DNA of 64,000 bases from Octopus sinensis (GCF_006345805.1 NC_043008.1:7068001-7132000), one strand, 5' to 3'; counted from the stretch's first letter, positions 12,811 through 26,563 are shown. The notes: generated by a model from the letters alone, not told the origin. Translations and numbers: made by a program.

Positions 12811-13293
12811 GTTGTTGTTGTTGTTGTTGATGTTGTTACGTAATGAGGAGGCAGTTGAGGGAAGAATCAACACATCGTAGCCGGATATGTTTACCCACCG
12901 TCTTCCCAGGTTCTATAAAACAAATGCCCTCGATATGGGCTCAATATAATTGCCTCTATCCCCTGCCTAAATGTCTGCTCTCATGCACAGGTTGGAGAAT
13001 TCTTTTTCTTTTTCTTTTATTTTCTTTTCCCACCGTTGTGTTGCAGAATGTCTCCTATGCCGAAGTTATTGCAATATAGATTTTATTTACGTAACTTTAC
13101 AAGCTGAGTTCACATCTGGCGGATGCTGCCAGCGTCTCTCATTTTTCCATGATGAATGTACTAGTTTCTGTTTCTCTCTCAAGACATGTGCCGTTTGGTC
13201 AGTATGAAATCAACAAGGTTACATCAATATCATCAAATATATTTTTCTACTCCAGAATAAAGACCGAAGACTGTCACTACTTAATTATGCTAC

Positions 13294-13497
13294 TTCTATT
13301 CTACTCTAGGCACAAGGCCCGGTAGTTTTGGGGAGGGGCCAGTCGATTATATGGACTTCCAGTACGCAACTGGTATATAATTTATCGACCCCGAAAGGAT
13401 GAAAGGCTCGGCGGAATTTGAACTCAGAACATAAAGACAGACAAAATACTGCTAAGCATTTCACCCGGTGTGCTAACGTTTTTACCAGCTCGCCGCC
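13294..13497 (-). mobile_element. tRNA-derived SINE family A, near full length
   Basis: Reverse complement begins ggcggcgagctggtaaaaacgttagcacaccggg (A box), contains gagttcaaattccgcc (B box) and ends ccttgtgcctagagtagaa. Confidence 0.9.
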
Positions 13498-13504
13498 TTA
13501 AAAT

Positions 13505-13718
13505 ATTCTTTTCTACTTAAGGTAGAAGACCCGAAATTTTTGGGGAGGACGCCAGTCGATCAGATCGACTCCAATACGCAACTGGTATTTAATATATCGA
13601 CCCAGAAAGGATCAAAAGTAAAGTCGACCTCGGCGGAATTTGAACTCAGAACGTAAAGACAGGCGAAATACTGCATAGCATTTCGTTGGTGTGCTAACGT
13701 TTCTGCCAGCTCACTGCC
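13505..13718 (-). mobile_element. tRNA-derived SINE family A, second adjacent copy
   Basis: Same head, B box and tail as 13294-13497, with independent substitutions. Confidence 0.9.
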
Positions 13719-14296
13719 TTAAATATGCTAATTATATTCCTATTGTAGACGCTTGCTTTTTAAAAATGATTACTAAGATTAACTTAAACAACAGCTAAGC
13801 AAAGATGTTAATTGCATTGAGTTTTATAAAACTAAATTTAGAATATTGGAATGTATTGAAATGTATCGTTGGTCCGACAGTCGTTCTGTTCTTCTACTTA
13901 TGGCTTCCCTGTTGAGTAATATGTTTGCTCTATCTTTGAGAAATGATAGCAATATATGCCAATAGCTTGGGAGTGAATTAATGCCGTTTCCACTTCTACA
14001 AACCACTCAGGTGTTTATTCGAATCAGTTCATTGAATGCTGACAGAACAGACATTTCTTGCTGCTTCAGTGACAAACTGGGGATAGCCTTACAAACCAGG
14101 GACTTTCCTGTTGCTTGCAGTTCTTAATGTAACACCAAGTTTCCGGTATGACGGAAATTACACCGATTTTGAGGTGTTTTCCAGTGACTGGATTGGATAG
14201 GCAAAAAGCTAGGGTGGTCACAACAGGGATGCCTTTGAGCGTTGATATATCCGGTCATCGACAACCCAGGGTTATATGGGTTTATGTTAATACCTA

Positions 14297-14523
14297 TTTC
14301 TTTATTACCCACAAGGGGCTAAACAGAGGGGACAGACAAGGACAGACACACGGATTAAGTCGATTACATCGAACCCAGTGTTTCACTGGTACTTAATTTA
14401 TCGACCCTGAAAGGATGAAAGGCAAAGTCGACCTCGGCGGAATTTGAACTCAGAACGTAAAGACAAACGAAATGCCGCTAAGCATTTCGCCCGGCGTGCT
14501 AACGATTCTGCCAGCTCGCCGCC
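14297..14523 (-). mobile_element. SINE family A head/body with alternative 3' tail
   Basis: Intact head (reverse complement of ...gctaacgattctgccagctcgccgcc). The tail ...ggacagacaaggacagacacacggattaagtcg differs from the common tail and recurs at 46405-46523. Confidence 0.9.
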
Positions 14524-15194
14524 TTGTTTATGTTAATATCGTCCTTACTAATTACAAAGACACTACCATATATTACCTGTATCAAAGCTCAATATTTTAT
14601 CGAGTTGCTTCGATTAAAAGAACTCGCGCTTTTAATAATAATAATAATGTAGCCATGGCAACGAGAGTGGCTGCACCCACGCTACTCTCACCCCTAGCGA
14701 CAAGAACCACGAGAGCAACGATTACATGAAAAACAGCAGCGCACAGAGACAACAAAAACAGAAACTATAAAAGTAGATAATAAAAAAAACACACACAAAG
14801 TTTCAAAAATCGAAAACAATGAGAAACAACAATAGAGATGACCACATCAACATCAATAACAAGAACAAAAACCGCTGGAAAAACCACGACTATCACTACA
14901 GTAGCAGCAGCAGCAGCAGCAGTAGCAGCAGAAATAACAACAACAAAAACAGTTAAAAGATAGTGTTGTTTAGTAATAATAGTAGCAAGAACAGAATACG
15001 ATCAGATACAATGTTTCTGATACAAAGTTGCTGAGTCAGTTTATGATGTGTATCTTAATTAAAATCACCGCTTTTATGAGTTGGAATATTAATTATCTAC
15101 TGAGTAACTGGCACAAATTTACACCATTATCTCTCTCTCTCTCTCATGTCGTGTGTATATATGTATGAATATATATATATATAATATACATAAT

Positions 15195-15225
<31 letters not shown>

Positions 15226-15448
15226 TATAATATATATATATATATATTTATATTTATGTACACACCATATTTGCACATACACACAAACGTACTATATATA
15301 TATATATAATACGTAATATAATACATATATATTTACATACATACATACATTCATATATATATATATACGTATATATACATAGATATACATTATATATTTA
15401 TACATACATATTAACATAATGTTATACATACATACATATATATATATA

Positions 15449-15492
<44 letters not shown>

Positions 15493-15959
15493 TCAACATG
15501 TGTGTGTGTTTAACAAATAATGTTGAAAAGACTACTACGTGCCAATTTATTGTTATTTTTATTAAGGTTTCCTCGTAACGGCTTATGAGAACCTTTTAGT
15601 TCGTTTGCAATAATAAAATTTCTGAATTCAGCTTTACCAACGCTTTCTGTCTCTCTCAGCCATGTCTACAGGAAGTGAAGTAACTTTGGCTTCCGAGTTG
15701 CTGTGTGTCTTATTAGGCAATTATGCTTATGCAAAATTTCCCGCCAGTCTTTAAGATCGACGTTTTCGGATTTTCCTTTGCCTAATTTGTATGTTAACTG
15801 CAGCCTCGTGCTGCGGTATGAGTTTTATTTCCATAATTAATAATCTACTTTGGGATAGGAGTAGGGCAGAACACTCTACGGTACCAGAGTATGCTCTACT
15901 GAAATATTCCTATCCACCTTTGCGTTATGGTAGACGGGACAGAGCGGTGCAAAGTTTGG

Positions 15960-16450
15960 CACAAGGTCAGAAAATTTGGTAGAGGTTGTAAGCTGATCGC
16001 ATCGACTCCACTACGCAAATGGTTCTTACTTTACCGACTCCAAAATGACGAAAGCAAAGTCGACCTCGTCGGAATTTGAGCTCAAACCGTGGAGAAAGCT
16101 GAAATTCTTTTCTACTCTAGGCACAAGGGCCGAAAGTTTGGGGGAGGGGGCCAGTCGATTAGATCGACCCCAGTACGCAACTGGTACTTAATTTATCGAC
16201 CCCAAAAGGATGAACGGCAAAATCGACTTCGTCGGAATTTGAACTCAAGCTGTAAAGAAAGATAAAATTCGTTTCTACTCTAGGCACAAGGGCCGAAAGT
16301 TTGGGGGAAGGGGCCAGTCGATTAGATCGATCCCAGTACGCAACGCAACTGGTACTTAATTTATCGACCCCAAAAGGATGAACGGCAAAGTCGACTTCGT
16401 CGGAATTTGAACTCAAACCGCAAAGAAAGACGAAATGCTGCTCCACATAC
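15960..16450 (-). mobile_element. Three head-to-tail SINE family A units (~160 bp period)
   Basis: Units 2 and 3 (about 16104-16266 and 16267-16450) share private variants aagggccgaaagtttggggga, aaaggatgaacggc and gacttcgtcgg. Unit 1 is more decayed. Confidence 0.85.
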
Positions 16451-17659
16451 TGCTTGGCGTGCCAACGGAATGTATGTATGTATGTATGTATGTATGTATG
16501 TATGTATGTATGTATGTATGTATGTATGTATGTATGTATGTATGTATGTGTGTATGTATGTATGAATGTATGTATGTTTGTGTGTATGTATATGGGTGTG
16601 TATGCTTATATCAATTAATGAACGACAAAATATCGTGAGTTACACAATCACCTTTAGCTTACACCTGTTTCTGCTCTGAAAAACATTGCACTCGGGTTTC
16701 AGTTTCTGTGCAATATCCTTTCGCTTCCTCGGAGTCATTTAAATGAAATGTATGTCTATTTAGGAAGCATCTAACTACTTTAAATCTTTACATATGTTTG
16801 CTTATGAATGTCTACTTGTATGTACAACACATGTATACAACCAAAAATACAAACGAAAACATACACACACACACTTTGTGAGTGTGTGAATGTATATATA
16901 AATGTGTATCTATAAACAAATATCATATATGCATTTTATATTATGAATACAATTAGCTATATTAATATATCGATAAGTATTCTTTATAATTCAAATATAA
17001 TTTTCATTCGTATTAATTTGCATATGATTTCATACTTTAGTTTTATAGCTTATTAATATCTATTTTACATTGAGATAATGAATGTAAATTCTGTGGAATC
17101 GTATATCAATAATTATAGCAAACGTTGATATCTATTCTAAATATAGGTTATACTAATATCCATATTTTATACTTCTCAGTTATTATTGTTTTATTACTAT
17201 ATCTGCGCTTAGAAGATAGCAAACCGCGCGCGCTTTACCATTTCTATTGTGTGTGAATCACACAACCTTGTGCTGATGGAACTTTAACAAAATCTCTCTT
17301 ATTAAAATCTGACTCATTAACCCTTTTGATGCTAACTTGCCTGAGACTATCTCTGGTTCTTAGCACAGACATCATGTTTTCAAATATTCTGAATTAAAGT
17401 ATTCCATAAAAACTTATCGATAATTTATTTTCCAAACACTAGCTTAATAATAATTAAGTAATTTCACTTCATCATATTTAGAATTAATTGAAGTAAAGCC
17501 AGTGTATCACAACTGAAATATACTAGCATGAACGGTTCTTGTCCTCTTCCGACAGACGAACTGTACGAAAGACGGTTCTCAAACAATTCTCTGCAGCATA
17601 CATGAGCGGTGCAAGAAATGAGTAGGTGCTTCGTAGAATTTTAGAAAATACTATTTACC

Positions 17660-17765
17660 AATGTCTGGGTGTTATCCTGATAAAGTATCTTCTACTATAG
17701 CTTCGGGCCGACCGAAGCCATGTAGTTGGACTTGGTTGGCGGAAACCGAAAGAAGCGAACGTAGT
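17660..17765 (+). mobile_element. SINE family B fragment
   Basis: tcttctactatagcttcgggccgaccgaagcc...ggaaaccgaaagaagc matches the 5' half of 21994-22459. Confidence 0.7.
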
Positions 17766-18405
17766 AACACGGATTCCATTTTGAGACATAATCTCCCCAT
17801 TTCAATGGCTTCTAAACCTATACAATTACACACAGAAATATTCTACAGTAAATCACATTGTCTAAATTCTATTTTCTTTTGATTTATTTCATTACTTCAA
17901 TGCTTCTCCATATTGGTCGGAAGAAACAGCATTAAACATCATTCTTTCTGTCTGAAAATCTTCCCGCCACTGGACGTGTGTACACCACTTTATTTTACAT
18001 ATTACATCCACCTCTATAGAAGTTAAATCTCCTGGACAATCACCTTCGATTCTCAAGGATTGTCGGCGATGATATTACGTGTTTCAATGTAGTTATTTGA
18101 TTATTTTTACATTGGTAGAGGAACATATTAAATAATATTGATTTTTTGCCATGCGAGGTTTCCAGTTACTCAGTAGTGAAAGATTAAATATCTTATACAG
18201 CATCGTATCAAAACCGGTTATCGGCTCTGCTGCCTCTTAACTGGTTAGAAGATGCTCAATAGAGAGACAAGCTCGAGACACTAAGCAGACATTTTACGTC
18301 CAACTGTTAAATTGATGATACATTCGATGACCACATTGTTGCGTTAGAATGATGTTCTGGCAAGTGGTGTGATATCCACACACGCACACAAACTGTCGCA
18401 CACTG

Positions 18406-18436
<31 letters not shown>

Positions 18437-18487
18437 GATACAAAGGCATTACAATTGCACCACACTTCCATATAAAGAAACCAGTCC

Positions 18488-18521
<34 letters not shown>

Positions 18522-18726
18522 TTACGGGTACAAACATGCATGCACGCACACACAAACACAGACGCAAGCACATTCATACAAACACACGCACACGCATTCT
18601 CAGATATAGTTCCAAGTATAAATTTCTGGCGCCTACGGACATACTTTCATGTATAAACGATTGCATTTCTAGGTGTTACAATTGCATGCATATGTACGCA
18701 TATGTCTGTATGTATATATGTAAACT

Positions 18727-18764
<38 letters not shown>

Positions 18765-19252
18765 CACACTAACAACTAAATGAATAAATACGTCACACTA
18801 CACACAGGCATACCTAGGTACACACATCCATAGAAATTTTCTTCATAACATTTCCTGGCATAATCTCTACGGAATATGAACAAAGAAAAGATGTTCTTGG
18901 CAACAAAAGGCAAATGACCAGTTGACCAGTTGATACGGAATCCTACGCATCAAAATCATGAAGCAGTTATTAGGAGATGTGTGTAGTTATCAAGGGAACG
19001 TATCGTTTTTGCCTCACGTCGGCCCCGATGAAGAGCCAGATATGATCAAAAGCGCTCAAGTTATGACCATCCATTCTTATATTGAGGAATTAGATCCACT
19101 GCACTGTATTATATATTGAGTTTTTCATAAGAAAATCATTGTGGCTTGAGAAAGATTTTGCCGTCATTTGTATGGGTTCTAGCTATCACGTAGTCTTTCT
19201 TTGACCAACAATGAAACTTTATATGAATATACACCACAATATATATATATAA

Positions 19253-19309
<57 letters not shown>

Positions 19310-19556
19310 CGTATATATATGTATATATATACACATACATATATGCATCATAAATACGATTCACACATATATGTGTATATGCGTATCTGTACATATATAT
19401 ATATACATGTATATGTGCGTATAGTGCGCATAGAAATATATTTGTGTGTGTGTGTGTGTGTCTGCGTGTAATATATATGCATGTATATAAATATAATTAT
19501 ATACGTATACATATACATAAATATATAAACTCACAGACAGACATATATATATATGT

Positions 19557-19606
<50 letters not shown>

Positions 19607-19821
19607 GTAGATGCATATATAATCCATATATTATATATATATATGCATATTTATGCAGCTATCTATCTGTTTGTTAATCTCTCTCTCTTTCTATCTATCT
19701 ATCTACACACATATATACATACACACACACACATATATGCATATACATATATACAAATATATATAAATACATATGCATATATATTTATGAATGCGTATAT
19801 ATATATACATGTGTATGTATG

Positions 19822-19853
<32 letters not shown>

Positions 19854-20438
19854 CGTACAATTTATGTGCACGAATCGCAGACATTTTGGTTTCAGTAAAA
19901 ATGCCATGTAATAATCGATTGATTTACACAATGTAGGTTCTCCCTCTGACAGCAGCTCTGTCAAAACAAGCCAGACACTCCACAACTTCAGCGAACAACT
20001 AATACTATTTACTGACCATCGGAAACAACCTTGTCACTCACTCGTTGTCCAAGTCGTGCCTTGTCAAAGCAAATGGACAGCTTAAGAAAACAATTCACTG
20101 ATGCTTTCACACTCTGCTTCATACATACATACTTAGATTCATACATGCATACATACTTAGATTCATACATGCATACATGCATACGTATGTAGATTCGTGC
20201 ATACGGACATGGCATGCTTGCATAGATGCATGCATGTAAATATACATAGGTGCATGCTTACATTAAAACACATGTCCAGAAATATTTAAACACTCGTTCT
20301 ACACTCACGCTCAGAGACATACCTTGACATCTCCGCATCTGCAGCCACATTTGCACGTACCCTCGCACGCAATCAGATCTTCATATACATATGTATGTAT
20401 ATCTATATCCATGTGAGTGTGTGTGTGTATATATATAC

Positions 20439-20470
<32 letters not shown>

Positions 20471-20660
20471 GAATATATGTGTATTTATGTATATATACAT
20501 AATACATATGTACGAGCATATATATATATATATAGATATAGATAGATATATATATACATATACATTTTTGAATGTATATATATATACATACATACACACA
20601 CATATATATATATATTATATATGTACACATACATGTATACATATATATATATATATATCA

Positions 20661-20691
<31 letters not shown>

Positions 20692-21993
20692 TATATACGA
20701 ATATATATATGCACATATATAAACATATATATATGTCGATATATATGCATAAATTCAAAGATACATACATACTTCTATCTACATATATATATACAGTTTC
20801 TCTAAACATAAAGGAACATATATTCTTACGTGTGTATGTGTGTATATCTACACATACACACACAAACATCACTCACTCGTCATATACTTATGTGTGTGTG
20901 TATGTGTCTGTGTGTGCCTATATGTTTGCATGTATCTATGTGTATTAATGCACGCATTTATGTATACGTCCATGCGTTAAGTGAGGTTGACCGATATTAT
21001 TTTCTACTTTGCACAATTTTACTGTCTCTTCTTCGGACTATTCTGCGGTCGAAATTGTTACAGCTGGCAGCATATAGGTCTTTCTTTAACCACAAAAATA
21101 ACAATCATGTCTTTAAAATTTCAGAACTATCTTTTACGAAGTCTATTAATACCATAAACCGTTTGATCACATGACCTCTTTTATAATCTTAGCTTCCTCT
21201 GTTGTTTTCATACGTACCAAATAAATGTGTTTATACACTACAAGAAGACCGTTTTTGTATACAACTAGTATATATATAAAGTGTTTAAAGGCCATTTAAG
21301 TGAGTTGTTTACTGTTTGGAAGCGTGGTTAAACTGTCATTGTAAAGTAGTGCAAATGTTTCTGGGCTCTCCTAAGATTTGTAACATCCATGGTGTTGTTG
21401 CTATGTTTCGTTGTTTTACACGAGTAACGTTTGGTCAATAAATCACGGCTGATCAAACGAGATAACTCGAAGCTATTAGACAGTCTCTTTATTGCGGCAG
21501 ATATCGTTACTGCGGTAACATGGCAGGCGTTTGGGAGATGACGATGAACCGAAGAAGTGGCATCCTTTAAAAATATTTTTTTTTAGTGGAACGAGTAAGA
21601 ATTGGTTGACGTTTGATAATGAAACTTAAAAGTGAGGCTGTAGACCTTTTGTTGAGCACTCCGCACTCTATCCAACATCAAACTCCACCATACACACACA
21701 TACACACACATGCGCACAAACACATCCCACATATGCGCACAGACACATCTACACATATGCGAAAACACGTAGACATACACACACAATCGATTAAACTGGA
21801 AAACTAATTTACAAAATGCCAACGGCAAAATCCTTAATATTCTATCTCAAGAGAAATAATAAGAGAGATCTACAATATTCTCAATAAATAATTCTAGTTT
21901 TTCACCCAAATATACAACATCGCACTATGTTGTCCACTAGTTTGGACAATAGAGGGTCTTCTTTCTGCTTCGGAAAGTTCGATGAAAACTATA

Positions 21994-22160
21994 GGCGCAG
22001 GAGTGACTGTGAGGTATGTAGCTTGATTACCATCCACATGGTTCCGGCTTCAGTCCCACTGCGTAGCACCTTGAGTAAGTGTCTTTTACTACAGCCTCGG
22101 GTCGACCAAAGACTTGTGAGTGGATTTGGTAGACGGAAAATGAAAGAAGCCCGTTGAATG

Positions 22161-22252
<92 letters not shown>

Positions 22253-22459
22253 TGTTTGATTGTGTTTGTCCCACCAACATCGCTTGGCAACCGACGGTGG
22301 TGCGTTTATGTCCCCCTAACTTAGCAGTTCGGCAAAAAGAGCCCGATAGAATAAGTACTAGGCCTACAAAGAATAAGTCCTGGTGTCAATTTGTTCGACT
22401 AAAAGCGGTGCTCCAGCATGGCCGCAGTCAAATGACAGAAACAGGTTAAAGAATAAAAG
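21994..22459 (+). mobile_element. tRNA-derived SINE family B, full length with internal (TA)n(TG)n
   Basis: Head ggcgcaggagtgactgtgagg...ggttccggcttcagtcccactgcg, central microsatellite, 3' part ...ggtgctccagcatggccgcagtcaaatgacagaaac and an A-rich tail. Many partial copies occur in the window. Confidence 0.9.
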
Positions 22460-23384
22460 CATACAAGAATGTCCACAGTTGTCCTTCATCAATATAATGA
22501 TTTCTTGCGTAGATTCAAGGCCACATATTATTATTGTTTTTCTTTTTTTTTTCTTTTTTTTTAGACAGGTAATTCGATTAATATCGATCCTAGTCTTGAC
22601 TGGTTTTATATTTTTATATTTTATCATCGCTGGACTGATGAAAGACAGAATTTAATTATAATGATATGTGTCAATAGCTAATATGGCCTCATCGTCACCG
22701 CATACTTGTAAACAGCTACCTTTATACTGCATCTTGTTATAAATATCATGACAATACTTAACCTAAATGCAGACTGTGACGTTCAGTAATTCATTATCTA
22801 AACATGTTCACATACAAGAAATTGGTGAAATTGCTGAAACTAAAGTTTTACAACGGAAACAACGCCTCGTGTAATCAAATGATGTCGCTTGTGGTTGCAT
22901 CCAACACCATTGACGATCATTTCACATTAAGAATACGAGGCTTTCGATGCAAACTCGGCATAATAGAGACGACGTGGTACAAAGATAGAAACAAGATCTC
23001 TTGAAAGTAAATAACATCTACTTGAAACACCTACTGAAGCATGTGTCTGTTTATTAACGACTCGCATGATACAATGATACAATATAATATGAGGGAAATA
23101 TGCTGAAAGAATACACAAAATTGCAATCTGGACATATGATTAAACTCTAAGACAAACAGCATCCATGTTTACTATAATGGCATTGTTATAAACTGATGGT
23201 AGAGATGATTCTGCTACGCGGGTTCGAAACACAGTTGTAATTTGCGACCGTGGCTACATAGGTCACATATAAATGTGCGAAGCCGAGTTAACTGGCTCTT
23301 AAAAAACAACATAGTAAGTATGATGTCAATTGTATCGGCATCGCTCATTACACCATTCATGCATATATATATATACATATATAT

Positions 23385-23648
23385 ATATATTTTGTTTTTG
23401 GATTTCGTTTGCAAGATTCTTTATATGAGTTTGTGTGTTGAAGCATATTCTGTTGTGTCTGGGGAGAGTCATTTTCTTTTTGTGCCTTATAATGTAACAC
23501 ACACACCGGTAAAATTTCCACTTTTTTCTTATCTTTATTTTCCTAAGGCGCAACGAAAATTTTAGGAAAATAAAGATAAGAAAAAAGTGGAAATTTTACC
23601 GGTGAGTATAAGGCACAAAAAGAAAATGACTCTCCCCAGACACAACAG
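23385..23648. repeat. Foldback (inverted duplication) of an interspersed repeat end
   Basis: 23450-23491 pairs perfectly with 23607-23648 (42 bp), and 23504-23546 pairs perfectly with 23562-23604 (43 bp). Segment 23385-23470 is homologous to the reverse complement of 11985-12070. Confidence 0.9.
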
Positions 23649-23679
23649 TATATATATATATATATATATATATATGCGT

Positions 23680-24025
23680 GTAAATAGTTTCAAGGTTCAT
23701 CCAAAGCTAGGACCACTTCAAGATCACAACATATGGTAGAGTACGACACAATTTATTTTTCGCAACAGGCCCTGCCCTGTTTAAAATTGTCCCAAAACTG
23801 ATCAAAGAGGAAAAGAATCCCATCACTTTCAAACGGAGTCTGGAGAAATTTCTTCACGGAATACCAGATAAGCCCCCCCCCCCATACCTGGATACAACTC
23901 ACTCAGCAAGAACTCACTACTTGAATGGACCATGATACCACAAAACTTGACTAAAAAGGATTTAGATAATCCTATCAGGTGGTACTATTAAGTTACATAT
24001 GGCCTGGTCCAATCTTTAGTCGAAG

Positions 24026-24028
<3 letters not shown>
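23680..24028 (+). mobile_element. CR1-clade LINE 3' fragment
   Basis: Encodes GPALFKIVPKLIKEEKNPITFKRSLEKFLHGIPDKP, frameshift in a C run, then IPGYNSLSKNSLLEW. This matches the GPxLFNxLP...FKxxLDxFLxxxPDxP...GY...NSL end of CR1 ORF2. Ends in (TA)n. Confidence 0.75.
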
Positions 24029-24060
<32 letters not shown>

Positions 24061-25450
24061 GCGTAAATGTCGAACGATGAAATGAGTGCTCAACGCCGAA
24101 TTGGTGGATATATAATTTATTTCTTTATGAATTAAGGCTACCGTTGGTTTCATGTTAAGAACAGTAGGAAATTATCCTGGGGTTTAAACCTACTTTTCTT
24201 TACATGAAACAAACGGTAGCCTTAATTCACAAATAAAGATATGTATGTCGATATATAATATATATTCACACATACACACACATATATACATATATATATA
24301 TACATATGTACATAGGTATGTACAGAGTAGCAACAAGGTTGGAGCAAAGTATGACAGAACATGGGTACTTGGGGAGAGAATGAAACTCATTAATTCGTAT
24401 GCTACAAATGATCAGGATATCTGGAACAATAAATATCTGCAAGACTTTCTTAAGTTTTAAAAGATGATGAACAAAACATGATGCTTTCTTTTACAGCCAT
24501 GCTACTAAGTAGGTGGCCGGCAAAAATTGGCTCTAATCGAAAAGAGAAAATAATACACAGAGGTATGCAGGTTTATATGCTTAGCAGATACTTACACACA
24601 CACACAAATACACACACACACAAACACACACACATACACAAACATGTACGTATTAGTATGCATATATGTATGTATAAATGCATGTGTGTGTGTACGTTAT
24701 AACTGCGGAATTGTAAATGGATTTCAAACTCACGTTTTTCTTTTATATATATATATATATATATATACACTCACACGAACCCAGGCGCACACGAATAGAC
24801 ATGAATATATATATGTGCGGGTTTACGTATAAAGAGAGAGAGAGAGAGAGAGAATGGAGGGAGAGAAAGGGAGGGGAGAGAGCGGGGTGGGCTATTAAAA
24901 GCCCAGATGCCAATGGTATTTATATATGTCGAACATGTTTTTATATTCCTGCCAAAATACAGTCTTCTACTGTAATTCTTCTAGCCTTGCCCAATGTTTG
25001 TTATGTAAGAATGAAAAAAAAAAACTGTTCACCAAACAAAAGTAAAGAGATGGAGGGAAGGAAGATCTGCAAATCGACATAAAGACCAGGAGGATATTCA
25101 CTAAGATTAAGACATGGATATATATATAATATATATATATATATATAGTGCGTATATATATATATGCAATATATATATACATAATGTGCGTATATGGACA
25201 CATATAGATAGATATATATATACTTATATCTATCTATGTATGTATATATATATATATCTTTATATATATAATATACATACATACATAGATATAAGTATAT
25301 GTATATCTATCTATCTATCTATCTATATATATATATATATACTCACACATTATATGCATATGCTTATATGTATGTATGTGTGTATGATGTATATATATAT
25401 ATATATATATCTTTATATATATACATATTATATACATACGCATATACAAA

Positions 25451-25503
<53 letters not shown>

Positions 25504-26500
25504 TTATATATACACACACATTTATTTGGTGACTCATGTTGAGAGTTTTTTTATTCAATCCCGCGCAAATGGAATATTAGAATATTTCGTTTTACTAATC
25601 ACGATGCCTAACAGAAAATGTGGCGTTAAACATAAATCCCAGAAAATGATAGTTGCCAGAGTATCACGTGGATTCAGCACACGATCACAAGTTATGCTTG
25701 TGTGTATGTGTATTAGAGAGTGTGTGTTTCTGTGTGTGTGTGCGTGTGTGTAGTCACAACTGGCCACCTCGAAGAAGAGGGAAGCATTCTGTGCCATTGC
25801 GGCCTTTTGTAAATTTATTTAGAACAATCCAGAACACTTTACACACAGGTATTGAATTCTTCACCGGAACTTGACGGTGGCGTCACTCTTACTAGAATGT
25901 ATGTTAACATTTGTATACATGTGTGTGTATGTGTATATATATCCATATATATGAATCTATATTACATATATGTACGCACATACACAGACATACACACATG
26001 CTCACACACATACGAACGTGTATATTTGTGAATCCTCTGTGTTACGGAAGAAATGCATTTTGAAGATCCGTAACAAGCAAATTTCTTTCCCCATTGATTT
26101 TCTGGTTTTAAAGACTAAAGAGATAATCATCGGATTTTCTTCTCTTGGAGACAAGAAGCAAGGACAACAACAACAAACGACGAATACAACCACTTCTCCA
26201 CGCATAACAATTTCTAAACATACACAGTAAAACATATGTGTGTGCGTGTGTGTGTGCGTCTGTTTGCGTGTGTGTGTGTTGTATGTATGCATCGTCTTTG
26301 TATTTCTGAAAATTGTTAAACATACTTTGGGATTTGCTAAATCACCGAGAAGCGTCCTTTTCACTTCGAAGAATATGTAATTTGTAAATTGTCAATGCTT
26401 ATCCAAGTTTCCGTGATGGTGGAATCTCGAAACGTAATTTGCATAATATACATACATACATGCATACATACGTACATACATACATACATACATACATACA

Positions 26501-26531
<31 letters not shown>

Positions 26532-26563
26532 CTATATAACTTAGATGCAGCTTAGATATATTC

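Noticed and set aside
15960-16450. CRISPR-like or regularly spaced repeat array
   Set aside because: The units are eukaryotic SINE copies without unique spacers, and there are no cas genes.
17327-17500. ttaacccttt start suggestive of a piggyBac-like end
   Set aside because: No matching opposite TIR or TTAA duplication was found.
19914-19926. Shared 13-mer taatcgattgatt at ~19914 and ~46836 (homeodomain-like)
   Set aside because: Several shared 13-mers are expected by chance in this amount of AT-rich sequence.
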